The translations under genes were made by a program, and so were the position numbers. The notes beneath the pieces were generated by a model. That model did no database searches. It was not told the origin of the DNA and saw nothing but the letters and a program-made list of their open reading frames with translations. Positions 9,771 to 17,187 of a stretch of DNA of 64,000 bases are shown here, one piece after another. Source of the stretch: Bacilli bacterium (GTDB lineage Bacteria > Bacillota_I > Bacilli_A > RFN20 > CAG-826); the NCBI GenBank assembly GCA_045598525.1, contig JAZLMH010000023.1, positions 10,004 through 74,003 of the forward strand. The letters run 5' to 3'. Position 1 is the stretch's first letter. Each line of letters begins with the position of its first letter.

Positions 9771-10094
9771 CTACTGGATTTTCACAAATGATTTGACTAA
9801 GGAATTATTATTGACAACGTTTTCGGTTGTTTCTTTAACGAAAGTGCTTTCTTTTTTTGTTTCTGGGATAACAAAAAACTTTTTTATCTCAAGTGTGAGA
9901 ATGTATGTGATTGGGAAAAGGATTGCCAACATTGTTAAAATACCAACAAAGGCAAAACCAGACGCGATAATAGAGCAAATTAGACAATCTGGGTCATCAC
10001 ATTCATGAAGCCCAGACACAAAAAGCAAAACAATTGCAATCAATAAATCCGCAATAACTAATGATGTAAACAGTCTCTTTGCTTTTTCTTTCAT
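9771..10094 (-). CDS. Small membrane protein (2 TM) with a Cys-rich loop
   Basis: 107 aa with hydrophobic helices and an HECDDPDCLICS segment. It is the first gene of the ABC cluster. Confidence 0.45.
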   Translation of the reverse strand: MKEKAKRLFTSLVIADLLIAIVLLFVSGLHECDDPDCLICSIIASGFAFVGILTMLAILFPITYILTLEIKKFFVIPETKKESTFVKETTENVVNNNSLVKSFVKIQ

Positions 10095-10132
10095 ATAATC
10101 AATATAACATCAATATTCTGATTGTTAATCAA

Positions 10133-10166
10133 TATTTAAAAGGACCCACAGGTTAATGCGGGTCCA
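10133..10166 (-). terminator. Rho-independent terminator after the CotH-like gene
   Basis: A ggaccc...gggtcc hairpin is followed on the minus strand by a U-run (tatttaaaag on plus). Confidence 0.45.
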
Positions 10167-10183
10167 TGCTTGTGCGTTTTTAA

Positions 10184-12529
10184 TTAGGAAAGTGTTGCTG
10201 GTGATTGGACATCGACATAGTCGAGGTTTGCGCAGTTTGACTGATGAACTGTAATGGTAACTTGGTTAGCTCCTGCTCTAAGGTTAGTCATACCAACTGG
10301 CATAGAGATGAATTCATGGTAGTCATCACTCGTGTATGCTGGAACATATTTATCAGCAGTTGGGTTGATTGTGTTTCCATTAACAGAAATTGTCATCAAG
10401 CTAGATAAGGTGGTGTAGTTATGTTTACCCCATCCAAGATAGAGATATGCGTCTGCTGCAGTAGAAGCGTTAACAGTGAAAGATAATATGTCACCACTTA
10501 CGAAGCTGCCAGCGTATCTGCCACCAGATGCTCCATATCTAGTTCCATCTTTGTTCATGATGGCCCCGCCGGTAAGACTCATGTTTTCAGCTTCATAACG
10601 ATGCTTTTGAGCAGTCTTAACGGTGTTATCGTCGTCGTTAAACTGGATATGTTGCTGCTGGCCGCCGCCTTGGCCACCTCCGCTACCAACTTCAGGAAGG
10701 TTCGGATAGATAACCGGGGCAGTTAATTGGAGATCGCCGTTTCCGTAAATGCCATCAAGATATAAGAATCTAGCGCTAACCCAGTTCATTAAATCCTGAG
10801 CAGCTTGTTTTTGATTTGTTCTAGCGTTTGCTCTATTGCATTTCTCGCTCATTCTCTGCCACTTCTGTGGCCATTTATTCTTTAAGTTAGTGAAATCGGT
10901 CTCGTAATTTGTAGCGACAGTGTCAATAAGGTTGAGAGAACTTTGGAATAAGTTGAAGTGTTTCATTTCTTGCCACTTCTGCTGAATCATATCCATGAAC
11001 CAATCTTCGTGGATGAGAACTGTAAACCACGCATTTGGATAGTATGGTTGTTTGTTTTGTCCTTTGTGGTTTGCTGCGAATGTGCTGCTTGTTGGGTCCT
11101 CCATTCTTGTGGTGACGCCATAACCGGAGTCATAGTCCCAAGGAGCTTCGAATGTTAACTTCTTGTCCCCTGTTGCGGACATATCAACATCAAGGTAGAA
11201 AGAAGAATAACCAACGTCTGGGTCGCATGCGATGTCTTGGAGAAGATACATGTCAACAAGCGACTGAACATTAACTGCTGCTTCAACACATTCTTTTGCG
11301 CTTGCAAATTCTCCAGCTGCTGCAGGAACAAGAGCAGAGTGGTCATCATTAAACTTATAGAATGTGTTCTGTTTTGCTGCTGAATACATTAATTTATAGC
11401 AGTTTTGCACGTAATTTTTGAAGAAGTTACGCTGTGCGTCGTTATATGTATCGCTCTTAATTGTGTATCCTCTGATGAAGTCTCTGACTGTATCTCCATC
11501 AAAGTTTGTCAATGAGTTTCCTTCATAGTTTATTGTGAAGGTGTAATCACCGCCGAGAGCAAGATTTTCCTGGTCATAGTAGTAGTCAAGCTCGCAGATA
11601 TAACCAATATCAGTCCCTTGATAATCGGTTGCTACCTTGGAAACGTTCATTCTTGTATCGCCTTCTTGCTGTTGTTCAGCTAAAAGGTAAACACCCCAAT
11701 ATTGACCATTAAGGTAAACATTAACGTGTCTAGAATCAGATGAATAAAGGCCATCTGCTCTAAGCATGTTGTTTGCCATGAAGAACGATAAGAAGTTATT
11801 GGTATTTGAGTTGTCCTTATAATCAGCGAGAAGAACCCATGATTTATATTTCTCATTACCGTTTAGTCCGAGCATCGACTGCTTCTTGTCGAACTTAATG
11901 CGAATACCTTTCTGAACATAATCAAGGGTATAGTTGCCACGAACTTTAACTCCGCCTGTTGCAGCTGTTATGTCTGTGTTTGCTTCGCCGTTAGAAACGG
12001 AAATAGAGGCGGTTTCGTAGTTGATTTCGTGTGTTAATTTGTAATCGCGGTTGTACTGGGTTGCCCAGTTATTGCTACCGCCGTTTGCTGTTGTTGTAAT
12101 ATCGATTCTTGGGAGCGATGCAGGTGTCTTCGCTGTAAATTGATAGGCCTGAGCGATTGCTGAGTCTTCTGCAGGTGGTGTGTAAGAAATAGGTTCTCTT
12201 GAGCTAGAAGCCGCTTGGCTTGACGAAGAAGCAGGTGCACTGCTGCTTTGTGCCGATGAACTTGAAGACTGGGCTTTTGAGGAGCTTGATTGCGCTTTTG
12301 AGGAACTGGATTGGGCTCTTGAAGAGCTTGATTCCGCCTTTGAAGAACTTGAGGAAGCTACTGAACTGCTCTTTGTTTCTGAAGACGCTACCGATGAGTC
12401 TGTCTTTGAAGATAAAGAGCTTTGTGCTTCTACCTTTGATTCTTCTTTGGAGGCTTGGTTGGTGCCACTGCATGCCGCAATCAAAGGCATAGCGAGAGCA
12501 AAAGCCATTAACTTAAATAAAGGTTTCAT
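10184..12529 (-). CDS. Secreted lipoprotein with a Ser-rich linker, a CotH-kinase-like central domain and a C-terminal carbohydrate-binding-module-like domain
   Basis: 781 aa. The signal has an LIAAC lipobox. About 70 aa of Ser-rich repeats follow. The central region has CotH-like acidic motifs (YLLQDIACDPD, EAPWDYDSGYG). The C-terminus is a beta-sandwich-like tail ending CANLDYVDVQSP. The family assignment rests on remembered motifs. Confidence 0.45.
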   Translation of the reverse strand: MKPLFKLMAFALAMPLIAACSGTNQASKEESKVEAQSSLSSKTDSSVASSETKSSSVASSSSSKAESSSSRAQSSSSKAQSSSSKAQSSSSSAQSSSAPASSSSQAASSSREPISYTPPAEDSAIAQAYQFTAKTPASLPRIDITTTANGGSNNWATQYNRDYKLTHEINYETASISVSNGEANTDITAATGGVKVRGNYTLDYVQKGIRIKFDKKQSMLGLNGNEKYKSWVLLADYKDNSNTNNFLSFFMANNMLRADGLYSSDSRHVNVYLNGQYWGVYLLAEQQQEGDTRMNVSKVATDYQGTDIGYICELDYYYDQENLALGGDYTFTINYEGNSLTNFDGDTVRDFIRGYTIKSDTYNDAQRNFFKNYVQNCYKLMYSAAKQNTFYKFNDDHSALVPAAAGEFASAKECVEAAVNVQSLVDMYLLQDIACDPDVGYSSFYLDVDMSATGDKKLTFEAPWDYDSGYGVTTRMEDPTSSTFAANHKGQNKQPYYPNAWFTVLIHEDWFMDMIQQKWQEMKHFNLFQSSLNLIDTVATNYETDFTNLKNKWPQKWQRMSEKCNRANARTNQKQAAQDLMNWVSARFLYLDGIYGNGDLQLTAPVIYPNLPEVGSGGGQGGGQQQHIQFNDDDNTVKTAQKHRYEAENMSLTGGAIMNKDGTRYGASGGRYAGSFVSGDILSFTVNASTAADAYLYLGWGKHNYTTLSSLMTISVNGNTINPTADKYVPAYTSDDYHEFISMPVGMTNLRAGANQVTITVHQSNCANLDYVDVQSPATLS
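12205..12420 (-). repeat. Tandem repeats encoding (S4-5 K/R A Q/E)n within the lipoprotein linker
   Basis: The protein repeats SSSSKAESSSSRAQSSSSKAQSSSSKAQSSSSSAQ, and the nucleotide level shows near-identical ~15 nt units. The overlapping ORFs 12034..12492 are repeat artefacts. Confidence 0.6.
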
Positions 12530-12586
12530 ATTTTATTACCTTCCTTGGCTACGATTATAGACCAATTATCAGGCTCAAAAAACTTT

Positions 12587-13531
12587 TTAATTTTTAAAAA
12601 GATTCGCTTCCAAAAAATCAGTAGCAACTTTTGTATATTTTACGTTATCAACAATAAAGCTTAATCCGTGTGGAGCGCCTTCTATTTTTAATAAATGAAC
12701 GTTAGGATTTGCCGTTTTTAATTCGTCGCTCATTTCGCAAGGGACATATTTATCAGCTGTTCCATGGACAATTAAGATAGGCCTATCTGCGTTTTTTATT
12801 GCTTTGAGAGCAGAACTCTCTTCTATGTTAAACCTGCCAATAATTCTTGCGGCCAGCTTAACAAAAGGTTTGCAGAAACCTGCTGGCAAACGCATATCTT
12901 TAATTACTTTTAAGATGATTCCTAAAGGCGAAGAGAACGGACAATCTGAAACAATGCATTTCACATTTGAAGGAAGCTTCTGGTCCAAAGCCATCAAAAC
13001 GGTTGCTCCGCCCATCGAAATACCAGTTATTAAGATGCGAACATCTTTTCCATACTCTTCAATTACATAATTAATCCATGAAAGAAGATCTTTTCTTTCG
13101 TTTATTCCAAAAGTGATAGTTTTGCCATCGCTTAACCCGTGAGCCCTGTGATCAATCAAGATAGCATTAAAATTTTGTTCCAAATAAAAACCGAGCCCCC
13201 CAGAGAAATCTCTAAGCCCGTCTCCTTGATAACCATGAGCAAGGATAACAAACGGCCTGCTTAAATCGTTTATGTAAACTCGTGCATGCAAATTTTTGTT
13301 GTCGAATGATTTAATCCAAGCGTCTTGGCATGGTATTGTCTCTACCGTTTTTATGAGCCTTCTCATCTCTTCGTCATATGGCTCATATTGTTTTCCTTGC
13401 AATGGCTCTTTGGCAGACGGTTTATTTTTTAATACGTTGTAAAAACATTTGAAATAGATAACGACCAAAAACGAAAAAACCGCAAGCACTAAAGCAGCAA
13501 TAACAATTAAAAGAATCAAATACCATTCCAT
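12587..13531 (-). CDS. Membrane-anchored alpha/beta-hydrolase (esterase/lipase-like)
   Basis: 314 aa with an N-terminal TM helix, a GISMGG nucleophile elbow (GxSxG), and downstream Asp/His residues. Confidence 0.75.
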   Translation of the reverse strand: MEWYLILLIVIAALVLAVFSFLVVIYFKCFYNVLKNKPSAKEPLQGKQYEPYDEEMRRLIKTVETIPCQDAWIKSFDNKNLHARVYINDLSRPFVILAHGYQGDGLRDFSGGLGFYLEQNFNAILIDHRAHGLSDGKTITFGINERKDLLSWINYVIEEYGKDVRILITGISMGGATVLMALDQKLPSNVKCIVSDCPFSSPLGIILKVIKDMRLPAGFCKPFVKLAARIIGRFNIEESSALKAIKNADRPILIVHGTADKYVPCEMSDELKTANPNVHLLKIEGAPHGLSFIVDNVKYTKVATDFLEANLFKN

Positions 13532-13533
13532 GG

Positions 13534-14658
13534 TTATTCTGCTTTTATTTGTTTGTTGGCCTTTTTGTTTTCATACATATTCTGGTCAGCTTTATCTAAT
13601 GCAGTTTCAAGAATTTCGATTTCAGGATTAAATTTTGTGTATCCATATGCAACTTCTGGTAGTTTGTATTCACTAATTTTGTTTCTTTCGATTTCTAGTT
13701 TTTCCAAGCATTCCTTAATCAATGCTTCGACATCACAATTTAGATTTTTGGTCGTGATACAAATGAATTCATCTCCGCCAAACCTATAGCATAAAAAATT
13801 GTTTTTGGTGAAGGTTGATTTGACTGCACCTGATATAATTTTGATTACTTCATCGCCAACAGCGTGGCCATATTTATCATTAATTTGCTTAAAATCATTG
13901 ATATCGAAAGAAACAATGACCTGAGCTTTATTCTCGGAGCTCTTTACATGAACGTCATAGGACAATCTGTTCATAAGTCCTGTCAACGAATCTGTTTTAT
14001 AACTAACCGAATACATATATGTGTAAAGCAATGTGAGGCCAATTATTGCAACTGGCCAATCAACCCTGATTTCGCTCCAAAAAAGGTGGATTGATAAACC
14101 AATAACGCCGTAGAAAAAGATCGCAATCAAGAATTGTATATCCTGTTTTTGGCTTCTTTCTGAATATCTTCCTGTCTCGAAAAGAAGATAGAAGATTGAG
14201 ACAAAATAACTGAGGTTGTAAATGAAATATAAATGAGCGTGGGCGTATACACCATTCTTGAATGTATAAATTAGCCATTCGAATTCGAAAGGCGCAGCAA
14301 CGCAGGAGACGATTTCTAACAGGAAGTTGAAAATAATGATTCCGAAAACGACACGGCAAATAGATTTTTTATATTTAAACCCAAGCGTCCAAACAAAGAC
14401 GGCAACAGGGGCCAAAGAATGTTCGAGCATTATCAAAACATCTCTAACAATGAAAAGGAATCCTTCCGTGGCACCACTTAACTTCTGATAACCGAATTCG
14501 CAAAGAGAAGACAATATCAAAATAATGAAGGTGACAGATGCAGAAATCTTTTTCCTTCTTTCAATAATTGGATTAGTCGTAATAGAGACTATTACCGATA
14601 ATGCGACTAAAACGCCTATTAAGATTATCGCTGAATAGAAATCCATTTTCTCCTCCAT
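13534..14658 (-). CDS. Membrane-bound diguanylate cyclase (GGDEF domain), second copy in the window
   Basis: 374 aa. About 8 TM helices are followed by a GGDEF domain (YRFGGDEF). It is co-directional and adjacent to the hydrolase gene. Confidence 0.8.
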   Translation of the reverse strand: MEEKMDFYSAIILIGVLVALSVIVSITTNPIIERRKKISASVTFIILILSSLCEFGYQKLSGATEGFLFIVRDVLIMLEHSLAPVAVFVWTLGFKYKKSICRVVFGIIIFNFLLEIVSCVAAPFEFEWLIYTFKNGVYAHAHLYFIYNLSYFVSIFYLLFETGRYSERSQKQDIQFLIAIFFYGVIGLSIHLFWSEIRVDWPVAIIGLTLLYTYMYSVSYKTDSLTGLMNRLSYDVHVKSSENKAQVIVSFDINDFKQINDKYGHAVGDEVIKIISGAVKSTFTKNNFLCYRFGGDEFICITTKNLNCDVEALIKECLEKLEIERNKISEYKLPEVAYGYTKFNPEIEILETALDKADQNMYENKKANKQIKAE

Positions 14659-14710
14659 ATCATGTTTTGTATTTTAACACGGCTTTAACTCCTTCCAAAA
14701 GGAGTTTTTG

Positions 14711-14740
14711 GGCACATAAAAGAAAAGTACCCTTGATGGG
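14711..14740 (-). terminator. Rho-independent terminator after the rubrerythrin-fusion gene
   Basis: A gtaccc-ttgat-gggtac hairpin is followed on the minus strand by a UUUUCUUUU run. Confidence 0.5.
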
Positions 14741-14764
14741 TACAGTTCTTATTTTCAAAGTTAA

Positions 14765-16003
14765 TTATTTAAAGAGTCTTTCTAAGAGGCCTTTTAATGC
14801 TTTTCCGTGTCTTGCTTCATCTCTAGCCATCTCATGAACGGTGTCGTGAATTGCATCAAGACCATTTTTCTTAGCACAGAGGGCAAGATCGGTTTTTCCT
14901 TGTGTAGCGCCAAATTCACAATCAACTCTCCACTTTAGGTTTTCTTTTGTGGACTCTGTCATCTTTGGCTCGATTTCGCTTCCAAGTAATTCAGCAAATT
15001 TTGCTGCGTGTTCTGCTTCTTCATAAGCGGCTTTTTCCCAATATAAGCCAGCCTCTGGATAACCTTCTCTATGAGCGATTCTAGCCATGCAGAGATACAT
15101 TCCAACTTCGGAGCATTCTCCAGCAAAATTGGCTTTTAATTGTTCTAAGATGTAGGCTTTGTCTTCTTCAGAAACAGCTGGATTGTTCTTAACTGTTTTT
15201 GCATAAACGCCAAATTCGTGTTCTGCTGCAAGCTTCATTTCTCCTTCAACAATAGTGAATTTTTCTCCTCTGACATGGCAGACTGGGCATTCTGCTGGTG
15301 GTTGATCACCTTCGTGGACGTATCCACAAACAGGGCAAACATATTTTTTCATTTTTTGGTTCTCCTTTATGTTTATTTGTTTATTATTAATTTTTTCGAA
15401 ATCTGAAGCTGGATGCTTGCATATTGGGCAAATGAAGTTTTCTGGTAATTCTTCCCCTACATACTCATATCCGCAGACAGTACAGCGCCAGATTATTTCG
15501 CCATTTGGCATAGTTCCCACGGGAATTGGCTTAGGCTTGATGTTCTTCTGATAGAAGTCGTATGTAGCAGACGCTTCTTCACTAATAACTTCCATTTCAG
15601 TTATGGTTCCAACAAACTCTGTATGCGAACCCAAATCGATTGTTTTTGCAACTTTCACTGAAATAAAAGCGTTGGTGCCATTTGAAATATAACAGATACC
15701 GTTCTTGCTTCTTTTTGAAAATTTGAAAGACTCAAACTTGTTGACCGCCTTGCCGCTTTGGAATCCAAAATGTTTAAACAAATCAAACGTTGCAGATTCG
15801 GAAATAACGGAAACGTTGAATAATCCAGTTTTCATGATTAAATCATGAGTTAGATTTTCTTTGTTTACTGAAACGCTCAATTGCAAAGGTTCGGAAGCAA
15901 TCTGAATCGCGGTATTAATGATGCAGCCGTTGTCTTTTTCGCCATCACGTACAGTGAGAACAAATAAGCCATAGCTGAGCTTATGCATTGCTTTGGTGTT
16001 CAT
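14765..16003 (-). CDS. Fusion protein of a flavin reductase-like domain, two rubredoxin-like domains and a reverse rubrerythrin diiron domain
   Basis: 412 aa. The N-terminal ~150 aa is flavin-reductase-like. Two CxxC...CxxC rubredoxin modules follow (CTVCGYEY..CPIC and CPVCGYVHEG..CPVC). The C-terminal ferritin-like domain has paired E...ExxH motifs. Confidence 0.8.
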   Translation of the reverse strand: MNTKAMHKLSYGLFVLTVRDGEKDNGCIINTAIQIASEPLQLSVSVNKENLTHDLIMKTGLFNVSVISESATFDLFKHFGFQSGKAVNKFESFKFSKRSKNGICYISNGTNAFISVKVAKTIDLGSHTEFVGTITEMEVISEEASATYDFYQKNIKPKPIPVGTMPNGEIIWRCTVCGYEYVGEELPENFICPICKHPASDFEKINNKQINIKENQKMKKYVCPVCGYVHEGDQPPAECPVCHVRGEKFTIVEGEMKLAAEHEFGVYAKTVKNNPAVSEEDKAYILEQLKANFAGECSEVGMYLCMARIAHREGYPEAGLYWEKAAYEEAEHAAKFAELLGSEIEPKMTESTKENLKWRVDCEFGATQGKTDLALCAKKNGLDAIHDTVHEMARDEARHGKALKGLLERLFK

Positions 16004-16196
16004 TTTTGGTCCTTCCCTATTATTTTAACATCAAAAAATATTTGGTAAAAATAATGCTCATTTTTTGTTAACTACGTTATTTGTTTTTCAAAACGATTTA
16101 CAAAAAGATAATTAAAAAAACACTGATAAGAATCTCTTTTTTTACAAAAAAGAAAGACAGATATTATAAAAGTGTTCATTTTTTGACATATAAAAC

Positions 16197-16224
16197 TTGC
16201 AAGATGTTTTTCCCTAGATATTAT
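16197..16224 (+). promoter_or_regulatory. Candidate sigma-A promoter (TTGCAA-16-TATTAT) directly upstream of the riboswitch
   Basis: The hexamers were read by eye, with -35 ttgcaa at 16197..16202 and -10 tattat at 16219..16224. The predicted +1 falls at the aptamer 5' end. Confidence 0.35.
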
Positions 16225-16225
16225 T

Positions 16226-16302
16226 TAACAGCGTTAAAGGCAAAACCGTGGCAACGCGGCGACGCAAAACTAAAGGGCCCCATTGGGGCAGCCAGTTACC
16301 GT
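16226..16302 (+). promoter_or_regulatory. GEMM / c-di-GMP-I-like riboswitch in the 5' leader of the 16351..22753 operon
   Basis: The leader carries AAAGGCAAAACC, a CCGUG-GCAA-CGCGG hairpin with a GNRA loop, CGACGCAAAAC, a GGGCCCCAUUGGGGC P3-like hairpin, and GCAGCCAGUUACCG. These parallel the V. cholerae Vc2 aptamer elements GGGCAAACC / GAAA loop / GGACGCAAAGCC / GUUACCGA. Downstream, a CCUC-CAAA-GAGG hairpin can sequester the SD. Confidence 0.65.
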
Positions 16303-16344
16303 AAAAATTGAGGTGGTTTTATTCTTAAACCCCTCCAAAGAGGA

Positions 16345-17187
16345 ATGGCAATGGAAAAAAGGTACAAAAGAAAAGCTGCTGCTCTCATGGGCCTCACAGT
16401 TCTTTCTTGTGGAACATTGTTTGTTTCTTTAACGGCTGCTTGGTTCACAACCTTAAGGCAGGCACAGAATAACACAGAAGGCTTCAAGATTGGTGACACT
16501 GTACTCATCGAAGAGATCAAATTCTATCAACATAAATCAACCACTAACGGCTTAATCGATTTTTATCCAGCCGAATCAACCTACGAAATCGGAGATGGGA
16601 GATATAAGTCAGACCTGGGCTTCTATAACCTTCTCGAATCAAATTACCAAACTTTAATGGAAATCACCCTAACAAAAGATGCCGTTGATGGAGAATATGA
16701 ACTCGACTTCAACGCCACCACTTTCGCTACCCAATCTCATTTGACAGCCAACTCAACGGGTTCGCCAAATTACCCTTTAACAAACGACCCTTCGAGAAAC
16801 AATAGTCTTTCTTCGATTATAGACTTTTATGTTTTCTTTCAGAAAGACGTACAAGTTAGCAATCAAAAAATAAGTCTCTCAAAAGCAGAGAACGAAAATA
16901 ACAGAGACATAAACAATAAAGAAATATGCAATTTTATAGATAAGAATGATGACATAGTCGAATCAAAATCTATAAATCTTGTTAGTTTTAACGCAAAAGA
17001 TATTGCTGTAGACGGAGTATCTAAAATCTATGTCATGCTCGACTACAACGAGGAAAACTGCGCAAAGATGTATGGTAACAACATCGGTAATACAGCCATC
17101 GAAAAAGGCCATTTTTTAAGGAAAGGAACGGACTTACCAATTTTGAAGTTCGACGCGGACTTCGAATTTGATTTGATCATGAAGTGA
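16345..17187 (+). CDS. Secreted ~280 aa protein with a TasA/camelysin-type (SipW-cognate-like) signal peptide; candidate TasA-like fibre or matrix subunit
   Basis: The N-terminus is a basic stretch, a hydrophobic core and an AAWFTT motif (compare TasA GGGTWAAFND and CalY GGGTFAFFSD). The C-terminal strand DFEFDLIMK resembles TasA QFSFEATQ. The real start is probably the ATG at 16351, 7 nt after the GAGG SD. Confidence 0.5.
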   Translation: MAMEKRYKRKAAALMGLTVLSCGTLFVSLTAAWFTTLRQAQNNTEGFKIGDTVLIEEIKFYQHKSTTNGLIDFYPAESTYEIGDGRYKSDLGFYNLLESNYQTLMEITLTKDAVDGEYELDFNATTFATQSHLTANSTGSPNYPLTNDPSRNNSLSSIIDFYVFFQKDVQVSNQKISLSKAENENNRDINNKEICNFIDKNDDIVESKSINLVSFNAKDIAVDGVSKIYVMLDYNEENCAKMYGNNIGNTAIEKGHFLRKGTDLPILKFDADFEFDLIMK

